DNA of 39,842 bases from Candidatus Methylomirabilia bacterium (lineage in GTDB: Bacteria; Methylomirabilota; Methylomirabilia; Rokubacteriales; CSP1-6): assembly GCA_046758965.1 (NCBI GenBank), contig JBHIBG010000016.1:1-39842 (forward strand), read 5' to 3'. Shown piece after piece: positions 29,920 to 38,087 of the stretch. A model generated the notes under the pieces. That model was not told the DNA's origin. It saw only the letters and a program-made list of their open reading frames with translations, and did not search any database. The number at the start of each line of letters is the position of its first letter. Position 1 is the first letter of the stretch. The position numbers and the translations under genes are program-made.

Positions 29920-29949
29920 ATTTTACCGGAAAAAATGGGGAGGTGTCAA
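29920..29949 (-). promoter_or_regulatory. Putative sigma70 promoter TTGACA-N18-TAAAAT for the etfBA-acd-mutase operon
   Basis: -35 at 29949-29944 and -10 at 29925-29920, in an AT-rich patch 80 nt upstream of etfB. Confidence 0.65.
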
Positions 29950-30036
29950 AGCCCGCGGGCGATCGCCAGCCCCAGGTCCTGTCTTGACTCTCTCCCTCCC
30001 CGTATGAGAGAGTCCCCCCGGTGATCCGGGGGCCAG

Positions 30037-30123
30037 ATGCTGAGAGCCGGCACCCTCCACGTCTCTTATGCCGTCGTGCACGCCCTCTGGGGAATCTCCT
30101 TCGAGGTCCGGCGGGGCCAAGTG
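30037..30123 (+). pseudogene. Truncated N-terminal remnant of a LivF-type ABC ATPase
   Basis: MLRAGTLHVSYAVVHALWGISFEVRRGQV resembles typical LivF starts (MLxxxxLHVxYGxxxALxGISFEVxxGEIV). Similarity stops just before the Walker A motif. Confidence 0.55.
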
Positions 30124-30216
30124 GATCCATCCGCCACCTTTCGCCCCCGCCGTTGTTCGCCTTGGCATCGGCCAGATCGCGCAAGGGCGGCGGCTTGGGC
30201 CGGGGATGAGCACCGC

Positions 30217-30245
30217 TTGTCCGCTCGAGCCCAAAGACGTAGAAT
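30217..30245 (+). promoter_or_regulatory. Putative sigma70 promoter TTGTCC-N17-TAGAAT for the egtD-metE-like-senA operon
   Basis: -35 at 30217-30222 and -10 at 30240-30245, about 55 nt upstream of egtD. Confidence 0.55.
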
Positions 30246-30301
30246 CCCCCGTAACGCGCGGGGCAGGCCGTGAGGGACGACAATGACGGAGATCAACCTG
30301 C

Positions 30302-31318
30302 ATGACATCATCGAACCCTGACACCCGGATTCAGCATGCGCGCCGGTCCGGGCAGAGCGGCCCGTTCCCGAACCTGGCCGAGGATGTGAGGAAAGGGCTG
30401 ACCAAGCGGCCCAAGGAGCTACCGCCGAAGTACCTCTACGACGAGCGCGGAGCTCCCCTCTTCGAACAGATCTGCGAGCTTCCGGAGTACTATCCGAGCC
30501 GCACCGAGCGGATCGTGCTGGAACGGATCGCCGATGAGCTCGTCGCGGTGTGCCGACCGACCACCCTGGTCGAATTCGGTCCAGGAAACGCCAGCAAGAC
30601 TCGCATCCTCCTCGACGCCATGTCGCGTACCGGACTCCCGGATCTCTATGTGCCGATCGACTTCAGCGAGAACCTGCTCGAGGAGATCATCACGGGGCTT
30701 GGGAGGGACTATCCGCGATTACGCTTCCATCGTGTGCTCGGTGATTTCGAGCGCCCGGTCGAGATCGCGCCGTCCGGAGGGCCTCGGCTGATCATCTTCC
30801 TCGGCGGGACCATAGGGAATCTGACTCCCCAGGAGGCGGCCGCATTTCTCCGGAATGTGGCCTGCTTGCTCGGCCCGGACGATCGGTTCCTGCTGGGCAC
30901 GGACCTCGTCAAAGACGTGGCGGTCCTGGAACGCGCCTACAACGACTGCGCCGGCGTCACCGCCGCCTTCAACCGGAACATGCTCTCCGTCATCAACCGG
31001 AACCTCGGCGCGGATTTCGATCTGGATCGTTTCGAACACCTGGCGTTTTATAACTCTCAAGAAGCGCGAATCGAAATGCACCTCGTAGCCCGGGATGCGC
31101 ATCAAGTCCGGATTCATGCCATCGACCTGGTCGTGGACTTCGCGAAGGGAGAATCCATCCGGACCGAGATCAGCTGCAAATATACGCGATCAACGGTCGA
31201 GACGATGCTCGCCGAAAGCGGGCTTCGCCTCCTTCGATGGGACACGGACGACGAACACCCTTTTGCCCTTTCGCTTTCTGCGGCGATGCCGCAGGATCAT
31301 CGCCTCAGTGGTGCGTGA
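30302..31318 (+). CDS. egtD: L-histidine N(alpha)-methyltransferase (hercynine synthase)
   Basis: LPPKYLYDERG, LPEYYPSRTE, EFGPGNASKT, FLGGTIGNL, GTDLVKD, AYNDCAGVTAAFNRN, RIEMHL and RTEISCKY. Confidence 0.92.
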   Translation: MTSSNPDTRIQHARRSGQSGPFPNLAEDVRKGLTKRPKELPPKYLYDERGAPLFEQICELPEYYPSRTERIVLERIADELVAVCRPTTLVEFGPGNASKTRILLDAMSRTGLPDLYVPIDFSENLLEEIITGLGRDYPRLRFHRVLGDFERPVEIAPSGGPRLIIFLGGTIGNLTPQEAAAFLRNVACLLGPDDRFLLGTDLVKDVAVLERAYNDCAGVTAAFNRNMLSVINRNLGADFDLDRFEHLAFYNSQEARIEMHLVARDAHQVRIHAIDLVVDFAKGESIRTEISCKYTRSTVETMLAESGLRLLRWDTDDEHPFALSLSAAMPQDHRLSGA

Positions 31319-31361
31319 GGCAGCTTCAGCTTCAGTTCTCGAGATCATTGGTCGGCGAACC

Positions 31362-32474
31362 ATGATCACGACGCGTGCCGACGTCGTCGGGAGTCTCCTC
31401 CGTCCTCCTTGGTTGCTGAAAGCTCAGGAGGAGGTCGCCTCCGGCATGATCACGCCGGCGGCCTTCAAGGCGATCGAGGACCGGGCGGTGGACGAGGCGG
31501 TGGCGCGGCAGGAGGAGGCCGGTCTGGAGGTGGTGACCGATGGCGAGATGCGCCGGCAGTCGTTCCAAAGCCAGATGACGGCGGCCATCGACGGCTTCGG
31601 CGAATGCACCCTCGACACCTTTCTGTGGGGTGACTGGCACGGCGATCAGTCGGTGGGGGATTGGCGCCTCGAGCGTCCGGCCTCGTTAGGTGTCGTCGGC
31701 AAGCTCACTCGCCGGCGCCATCTGTCCGCCGAGGAGTTCACGTATCTGCGGGCCCGGACCGCGAAGACGCCCAAGGTCACATTGCCCAGCCCCAGCCTAT
31801 GGGCGAACGTCTGGTCGCCCGAGCGCTCCAAGAGCGCCTACCCCACGCTCGATCAGTTCCTAGCCGATGTCGCTGAGATCCTGCGCGACGAGGTGGCGGA
31901 GTTGGTCCGACTCGGCGCCACCTACATCCAACTCGATGCGCCACACTATCCCCTGTTGATCGATCCCAAATCCCGGGCGTTCTACGAGGCGCAGGGCTGG
32001 AGCATCGACCGGTGGCTCCATCAGGGAATCGAGATAGACAATGCCGTGATGAGCAATTTCCCGGAGGTGACGTTCGGGTTTCATCTCTGACGGGGTAACC
32101 AAGGCAGCCGGTGGCTGGCGGAGGGGGGGTATGAGCCAATCGCCAAACAGCTCTTCAAGGGCATCCGCGCTCAGCGGCTGTTGCTCGAGTACGACGATGT
32201 CCGCTCCGGGTCCTTCGAGCCGTTGAAAGAGGTGTCCGAGGGGGCGGTCGCCGTGCTTGGGCTGGTCTCCACCAAGACCCCCCGCCTGGAGACCACGGAG
32301 GAGCTGACCGCGCGCATCAGGGAAGCGAGCCGCGTCTTGCCGGTGGAGCGGCTGGCGCTCAGTCCGCAGTGTGGCTTCGCAAGCTCGATCATCGGCAATC
32401 GGATCTCGCCTGAGGACCAGCAGCGCAAGCTGCGCCTGGTCGTCGAGACGGCCAGGGCGGTGTGGGGTTCGTGA
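31362..32474 (+). CDS. Cobalamin-independent methionine synthase II (MetE C-terminal/YxjH-like) family protein with in-frame TGA at codon 243; probable selenoprotein (HLURGN)
   Basis: One frame runs from MITTRADVVGSLLRP through TDGEMRR and YIQLDAP to GFHL-TGA(32088-90)-RGNQGSRWLAEGGYEP, then LLEYD and LSPQCGFAS, 370 aa in total. The ORF track splits it into 31095-32090 and 32181-32474, which share a frame. Confidence 0.85.
32091..32122 (+). promoter_or_regulatory. Candidate bacterial SECIS element
   Basis: Stem CAGCC (32105-09) / GGCTG (32113-17) closes a GGT loop that starts 20 nt after the UGA. This fits the bacterial SECIS pattern of a G-leading apical loop about 16-37 nt downstream. Confidence 0.65.
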
Positions 32475-32541
32475 CGGCGTATTTGGAGACAGCCATCTCA
32501 CGGCTGAGGCCCGCGCCCGTGGCCGATCGCTCAGGTCAGTC

Positions 32542-33864
32542 ATGAACGACCGTGCCAGGCCTTCCGCGCCCGAGCTCGCTCAGTTGCTGACCGACGCCCG
32601 CGCCCGAACGCTCGAGCTGGTGACTGATCTGACTGACGAGCAGATGATGGGGCCCCGTCTCCCGATCGTGAATCCTCTGCTCTGGGAAATCGGGCACGTC
32701 GCCTGGTTTCAGGAGAGGTGGGTCTTGAGGTATCTCGGCAACGAGAGGCCGATCCGCGATGACGGCGACCTCCTATACGACTCCGCCCAAATCCGCCACG
32801 AGACGCGGTGGGACCTGCCGCTTCCCTCCAGAGAGGAGACGTATCGCTACATCCAGCGGGTGCTGGACCGCATCGTCGAACGGCTCGGCTCGACGGATCC
32901 GGACGAGGGGGAGACCTACTTCCACTTGCTGGGTCTGTACCACGAGGACATGCACGCGGAGGCGTTCACCTACACGCGGCAGACGCTGGGGTACCCCCGG
33001 CCCCGCCTCGCCCGCGCCCGCGACGAAGATCGCAGGAGTCAGGGCGCCGGTGGGCCGCTGCGGGGCGATGTGGAGATCCCTGGCGGGACCTTCCTGCTGG
33101 GTGCCACGCCCGACCTTCCGTTCGTGTTCGACAACGAGAAGTGGGCGCACCCCGTCGAGGTCCGACCCTTCCGCATCGCCCGCGCTCCCGTGACCAACGC
33201 CGAGTTCCTTAGGTTTGTTGAGGACAAGGGGTACCTGAGGCGGGAGTTCTGGAGCGAGGCGGGATGGCGCTGGCGTGACAGCGTCGCCGCCGAGCATCCG
33301 GCCGACTGGCAGTGCGGTCCCGGGGGTCGCTGGCACCGTCGGAGTTACGACGAGCTGGTTCCGCTCGAGGACCACCGTCCGGTCATTCATGTGAACTGGT
33401 ACGAAGCCGAGGCCTACTGCCGCTGGGCCGGCCGGCGACTGCCGATGGAAGTCGAGTGGGAGGCGGCAGCGAGCGCCACGCCCACTCCTGAGGGCCGCGG
33501 AATTTCCGGAGACAAGCGGAGGTTCCCGTGGGGCGACGAGCCGCCGTCCCCCGAGCGGGCGAATCTCGACTCGACCGCGCTGGAGTGCATCGACGTCGGC
33601 GCCCTGCCGGACGGCGACAGCGCCTTCGGTTGCCGGCAGATGATCGGTAATGTGTGGGAGTGGACGAGCACGGAGTTCGGCCCGTACCCGGGCTTTGTGC
33701 TCGACCCCTACAAGGAGTATTCCGACCCGTGGTTTGGAACCCACAAGGTTCTGCGCGGCGGCAGTTGGGCCACCCGCTCCCGCCTCATCCGGAACACGTG
33801 GCGGAACTTCTACACTCCTGACCGGCGGGACGTGCTGTCCGGCTTTCGCACCTGTGCACGGTAG
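32542..33864 (+). CDS. senA: Selenoneine synthase SenA-like (EgtB-family DinB + FGE-sulfatase non-heme iron enzyme)
   Basis: NPLLWEIGHVAWFQERW, YDSAQIRHETRWDLPLP and HEDMHAEA match SenA-type motifs as I recall them, not EgtB (SPxKWHLAH/HEQQHQE or SPLVWDLAH/HENQH). The C-terminus has GNVWEW, LRGGSW and WRNFY. Start ATG 32542. Confidence 0.8.
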   Translation: MNDRARPSAPELAQLLTDARARTLELVTDLTDEQMMGPRLPIVNPLLWEIGHVAWFQERWVLRYLGNERPIRDDGDLLYDSAQIRHETRWDLPLPSREETYRYIQRVLDRIVERLGSTDPDEGETYFHLLGLYHEDMHAEAFTYTRQTLGYPRPRLARARDEDRRSQGAGGPLRGDVEIPGGTFLLGATPDLPFVFDNEKWAHPVEVRPFRIARAPVTNAEFLRFVEDKGYLRREFWSEAGWRWRDSVAAEHPADWQCGPGGRWHRRSYDELVPLEDHRPVIHVNWYEAEAYCRWAGRRLPMEVEWEAAASATPTPEGRGISGDKRRFPWGDEPPSPERANLDSTALECIDVGALPDGDSAFGCRQMIGNVWEWTSTEFGPYPGFVLDPYKEYSDPWFGTHKVLRGGSWATRSRLIRNTWRNFYTPDRRDVLSGFRTCAR

Positions 33865-33887
33865 CCGGGGTCCCGTGACGCCTTAGC

Positions 33888-34640
33888 CTACGCAGGCTGC
33901 TGCTGGCCAGGATAGGCGAAAAGACCCTCCAGGTTGGCCAGGAACTGATCAGCCAGCAGGGCCAGGAACGCCGCGGGCACTGCTCCCTCCAACACGAACG
34001 CCAAATTGTCCTGCACCAGTCCCGCGATGACCGGTGAGCCGAGTCCACCGGCCCCGATGGCCGCGCCGATCATCGCCGTCCCGATATTGATCACCACGGA
34101 GATGCGCACGCCGGCCAGGATCACGGGCGCGGCGAGCGGGATCTCGATATGGAACAGCACCTGCCGCCGGCTCATTCCCATCCCGTCGGCGACGTCTAGG
34201 GCATCTCCCGGCACCGCCCGGAGGCCTGCGATGGTATTCCGCACCACTGGAAGCGTCCCGTACAAGAGCAGCGCTACGATCGTGGGGGTGAGGCCGAACC
34301 CCAGAACGGGTACCGCGAGGGCGAGAACAGCCACCGGAGGAAATGTCTGCCCGAACGAGGAGAGATCAGTCACGATGGGAAGAAAGCTCCTTCCGCTGGC
34401 ACGCGTCACCCAGATGCCCACCGGCACGCCAAAGAGAACCGTCAGACAGCTGGAGATGCCAACGAGCTGAACATGTTCCCAGACGAACACAGGCAGGTCG
34501 GCGCGGGGATGCAACACGTGGCGCTCGTCAGGGAAGAAGGTTCCAAGGACACTCTCCCAGAGGCCCGTGGAGGTGATCAACGCCACGAACGCGCCGATGG
34601 CGACCCCCAACAGGACCCAGCGCCGCGCCTGGCGTTTCAT
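33888..34640 (-). CDS. Osmoprotectant/quaternary-amine ABC permease (YehW/OsmW-like)
   Basis: GQTFPPVAVLALAVP, GMGMS EAA loop and IGAGGLG. Confidence 0.88.
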   Translation of the reverse strand: MKRQARRWVLLGVAIGAFVALITSTGLWESVLGTFFPDERHVLHPRADLPVFVWEHVQLVGISSCLTVLFGVPVGIWVTRASGRSFLPIVTDLSSFGQTFPPVAVLALAVPVLGFGLTPTIVALLLYGTLPVVRNTIAGLRAVPGDALDVADGMGMSRRQVLFHIEIPLAAPVILAGVRISVVINIGTAMIGAAIGAGGLGSPVIAGLVQDNLAFVLEGAVPAAFLALLADQFLANLEGLFAYPGQQQPA

Positions 34641-35734
34641 CGCGCGGACTCTCCCATGCCCGTGGCCGCCTCGATGTCAGCGAGGGTGATCTCCCCTATG
34701 AGTCGCCGTTGCTCGTTCACCACCGGTATGTTCCACCTTCCGGAGCCCAACATGCGAGAGAGCGCCTCGCGCACGGTTGCCCCTTGGGGAACGGCGACGT
34801 CGTCCGGATCTACCGGTACGGTGGCCTGCTGAACGGTCGCGGCGTTCGAAAGCCTCCGTCTATCCACCCAACCCTTGAGCCGCGCCGTTCTGTCTACCAC
34901 CCAGAGGGGCCTCTGGCCCATGGCAGCCTCTACCTCCTCTTTCGGCGCGTCGACCATCGCGGCGTGCAGCGGCCGGATGAACTGGTCGATACCAATCCGC
35001 GCAAGGCGTTTGAGGACCCCTTCCGTCCCGATGAATTCGCGGACGAACTCATTTGCCGGTCTAGCCAGAAGGTCCTCCGGCGTGTCGTACTGAACCAGCT
35101 TTCCCGATCGCAACACCGCGATGCGGTCCGCCACCCGGATCGCCTCATCCAGATCGTGGGTCACAAAGATCACCGTCTTGTGCAGCTCTCGCTGAATGCG
35201 GGTAAACTCCCCCTGTAGCCGCTCGCGGGTCAAAGGGTCCACGGCGCCGAACGGCTCATCCATCAGGAGAATGGGGGGGTCTGCGGCGAGCGCACGCGCC
35301 ACACCCACCCGCTGCGCCTCGCCTCCAGAGAGCTGGCTGGGGTACTTACCGGAATAGTCCGGGGAGAGGCCGACCAGGACCAGCAGCTCCTGCACACGCT
35401 CGGTTATCCGGCCTTTTTCCCAGCGCAACAGCTCCGGAACCACACTGATGTTTGCCGCAACGGTCATGTGCGGAAACAATCCCACGCTCTGGATGACATA
35501 CCCAATGGACCGGCGGAGTTGCTCCAGCTCCAGCGTGCGGGTCTCCCTACCGCCCACGAAGATGCTCCCGCGCGTCGGCTCGATCAAGCGGTTGAGCATC
35601 CTGAGCGTCGTCGTCTTGCCGCAACCCGACGGGCCGATCAAGACGCAGACCTCCCCCTGGCGAACCTCCATCGAGAGGTCATCGACCGCCGTGAACCCCC
35701 CGTACCGCCTCACGACATTCTCCAGGCGGATCAC
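34637..35734 (-). CDS. Osmoprotectant ABC ATP-binding protein with C-terminal CBS domains (YehX/OsmV-like)
   Basis: GTG start at 35734 overlapping the upstream TGA (VIRLENV); GPSGCGKTT, GYVIQSVGLFPH, LSGGEAQR and LMDEPFGAVD. Confidence 0.9.
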   Translation of the reverse strand: MIRLENVVRRYGGFTAVDDLSMEVRQGEVCVLIGPSGCGKTTTLRMLNRLIEPTRGSIFVGGRETRTLELEQLRRSIGYVIQSVGLFPHMTVAANISVVPELLRWEKGRITERVQELLVLVGLSPDYSGKYPSQLSGGEAQRVGVARALAADPPILLMDEPFGAVDPLTRERLQGEFTRIQRELHKTVIFVTHDLDEAIRVADRIAVLRSGKLVQYDTPEDLLARPANEFVREFIGTEGVLKRLARIGIDQFIRPLHAAMVDAPKEEVEAAMGQRPLWVVDRTARLKGWVDRRRLSNAATVQQATVPVDPDDVAVPQGATVREALSRMLGSGRWNIPVVNEQRRLIGEITLADIEAATGMGESAR

Positions 35735-36909
35735 GATCTCGCTCGCACCCCCTTGGGCGTTGCCAGCTTGATACACACGCGCATCGCCCCGTCCACCGCG
35801 AGAGCCAGGGCAACCACCGGAAGCGCGCCCAACAAGATGAGGTCCGGCGCCCCCTGGCCGAGCCCCTGGAAAATGAAATGTCCCAGCCCGCCGGCTCCGA
35901 TGAGCGCGGCCACAGCCGCGTTCCCCACCGCTTGCACTGATGCGATTCGCACCCCCTCGAGCGCCAGCGGCGCGGCCAGGGGCAGCTCGATCCTTCGGAA
36001 GATCTGCCGCCGGCTCATGCCCATCCCCCGGCCGGCGTCTATCGCATCCGGGTTGACCTGTCGCAACCCCACATACGTATTCCGCACAATAGGGAGAAGC
36101 GAGTAGAGAGTCAGGGCGATCACCGCCGGGGTCACGCCGACTCCACGGATGCCGAACGCCCGCAGCGCGGGGAATGCGGAGGAGAGCGCGGACAGCGGAG
36201 CAATAAGCAGCCCGAAGAGGGCGAGGCTCGGAATCGTCTGGGATGTGTTGCTCGCGGCGAATATCACCCGCGCAGCCCGTCTGCTCTGCGTGGCCCAAAC
36301 ACCCAGGGGCGCCCCCAGCATGACCCCGACGGAGACGCTTCCGGCGAACATCGCCACGTGCCGGGAGAGCTCCTGGCGGAATCGCTCTCCCTGGACAGCA
36401 AACTCTTCCATGATAGAGAGGTTGTCCATGAACCCGGAGAGGAAGAGCGCCAGCGCGCCCGCCGCACCGCCCCATGTCAACGCCTCTTGCAGGCCCCGGG
36501 AACTCTGGAGGCGTTGGCGAGCCGCGAACACCAGCACGTACGTCGCCGCCAAGCCGACCCAAGCACCGGTGCTCAAGGACACCCGGGCGAACTGTGGTCC
36601 AACATCGGTCAGCTTCGTCGCGGCCAGGCCGGCGTATACGACCGCCAGCAAGAGAATGCCGTTGGCTCCCACACCCAGCCCTATGGAGCGCGCGCGGGTG
36701 ATCGGCGCTACGGCAAGGGCGAGACACACGAGCCAGAGCGCCCCGAGAACCAGCGCGCCAGCTAACCCCGCCACCTCCCAGAGCGGTACGCTCGTGCCAG
36801 CAGCCAGACGGTTGGGCTTGACGGTGAACCAGTTCAGCGCGAGCGACAGGAGGCCGATGAGACCTCCTACGAAGGCGACGCTATCCGAAACCGCTCCCCG
36901 TGGTCTCAT
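35731..36909 (-). CDS. Osmoprotectant ABC permease (YehY/OsmY-like, with extended N-terminal TM region)
   Basis: KPNRLAAG, QTIPSLALFGLLIAPL, GIRGVG and IGAGGLG. Confidence 0.88.
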   Translation of the reverse strand: MRPRGAVSDSVAFVGGLIGLLSLALNWFTVKPNRLAAGTSVPLWEVAGLAGALVLGALWLVCLALAVAPITRARSIGLGVGANGILLLAVVYAGLAATKLTDVGPQFARVSLSTGAWVGLAATYVLVFAARQRLQSSRGLQEALTWGGAAGALALFLSGFMDNLSIMEEFAVQGERFRQELSRHVAMFAGSVSVGVMLGAPLGVWATQSRRAARVIFAASNTSQTIPSLALFGLLIAPLSALSSAFPALRAFGIRGVGVTPAVIALTLYSLLPIVRNTYVGLRQVNPDAIDAGRGMGMSRRQIFRRIELPLAAPLALEGVRIASVQAVGNAAVAALIGAGGLGHFIFQGLGQGAPDLILLGALPVVALALAVDGAMRVCIKLATPKGVRARS

Positions 36910-37071
36910 TTCGCACGTGCATCAATCATCTCTCATGTGGCCCGCTTGCTCCGGAGCGTGTGACCCTGCGAAGACGCTCGCCCCACCGGCTGACTGCCAA
37001 CCGGCGGGCGAGTGCCTCTCGTCGGAGCAGAGTCAGAACCCGTCACCAAGCTTTGCGGGGAGGACGGACCT

Positions 37072-38001
37072 TCAGTCCAGGAAGCCGTTTGCCTTGAGGT
37101 ATTCCTCCGCCACGGCGGGTGCGCTCTGGCCTTCCAGCGCGATCTTCGCATTGAGTGCCTGGAGGGTTTCCAGGTCCAAGCTCCGAAAGACCGGATTCAA
37201 TCTGTCGGCGATCTCAGGATACTTCTCGATAATTTCCTGCCTCGCGAGCGGCGCCGGCTCATAGACCGGCTGAGCTCCCTTGGGGTCCGACAGGACGACC
37301 AGGTCCAGCGCGCTGAGCGACCCGTCGGTCCCGTAGGCCATTGTGGCATTCACCCCGTCGGTCCCCCGGGCAGCGGCGCTCTCCGTCTGCGCGGTGTTTC
37401 CGCCCGACAGCGTGAGCAGCTGATCTCGCCTGAGCTCGAATCCGTATGCTTCCTGGAACGAGGGCAGCGCCGCGGGGCTGGTGACAAACTCCTCCGAGCC
37501 GGCGAGCTTCACCGTGCCGCCCGCATTGACATACCGGGCAAACGACTCCAGCGACGTAATCCCCTCCCGCTCAGAGAGCGCGCGCGGAATCGCGATGGCC
37601 CACGTATTATTCGCCGGCGCGGGCTCCAGCCACACAAGTCGGTCCCGCTCCATCGAGAGCTGCTTGACGCGCTCGTACCCCCGTTTCGCGTCCTTCCAGA
37701 CAGGTGAGTCCGCCTCGTCGTAGAAGAACGCCCCGTTCCCGGTGTACTCAGGATATATGTGGAGCTCCCCGCTCAACAGGGCTTTCCGCGTCACCTGTGT
37801 CGGCCCAAACTCGGACCGATCTTCTACGGCGAATCCGGCATCCCGAAGCATCAGGATGATCATCTGCGACAACAAGGCTCCTTCCGTATCAATCTTGGAC
37901 CCGACGACGATAGGGCCCTTCTCCTTGCTCCCTCCGCACGCGGCCGTTACCAAAGCCAGGACCAAGACGACCAGGCCCAAGAGGCTCCAGCGGCGACTCA
38001 T
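37072..38001 (-). CDS. Glycine-betaine-family ABC substrate-binding lipoprotein (OsmF/YehZ-like)
   Basis: Lipobox TAAC; VGSKIDTEG, IYPEYTGNGAFF, APANNTWAIA, AYGTDG and QPVYEPAP. Confidence 0.88.
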   Translation of the reverse strand: MSRRWSLLGLVVLVLALVTAACGGSKEKGPIVVGSKIDTEGALLSQMIILMLRDAGFAVEDRSEFGPTQVTRKALLSGELHIYPEYTGNGAFFYDEADSPVWKDAKRGYERVKQLSMERDRLVWLEPAPANNTWAIAIPRALSEREGITSLESFARYVNAGGTVKLAGSEEFVTSPAALPSFQEAYGFELRRDQLLTLSGGNTAQTESAAARGTDGVNATMAYGTDGSLSALDLVVLSDPKGAQPVYEPAPLARQEIIEKYPEIADRLNPVFRSLDLETLQALNAKIALEGQSAPAVAEEYLKANGFLD

Positions 38002-38087
38002 ACTCCCCCCCCTTTCTAACGGAACCGCGCAAACTCTTCTGCCAGCCGTCCTACCCGATATTTCACGGGATTCCCAGCCAAGAACCC

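Noticed and set aside
31316..31361. Possible Sec readthrough of the egtD TGA stop
   Set aside because: The EgtD domain is already complete, no conserved Cys is expected there, and I saw no convincing SECIS-like hairpin.
31095..32474. Reading the MetE-like locus as two separate genes or a simple nonsense pseudogene
   Set aside because: Both parts share a frame, the stop lands exactly on the conserved Zn-ligand Cys, a SECIS-like hairpin follows and a senA-like gene is adjacent. A nonsense mutation remains possible but is less parsimonious.
32371..32541. 57-aa N-terminal extension of SenA in the ORF track
   Set aside because: It overlaps the 3' end of the MetE-like gene; family similarity begins after ATG 32542.
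35735..36727. Apparent 331-aa N-terminal extension making a 696-aa ABC ATPase fusion
   Set aside because: It overlaps the real permease in another frame and is low-complexity Arg/Gly/Pro. The ATPase starts at GTG 35734, overlapping the permease stop.
38029..38045. Sigma54-like motif CTGGC-AGAAGAGTTT-GC upstream of the osmF-like gene (minus strand)
   Set aside because: There are 11 nt between GG and GC; sigma54 requires exactly 10.
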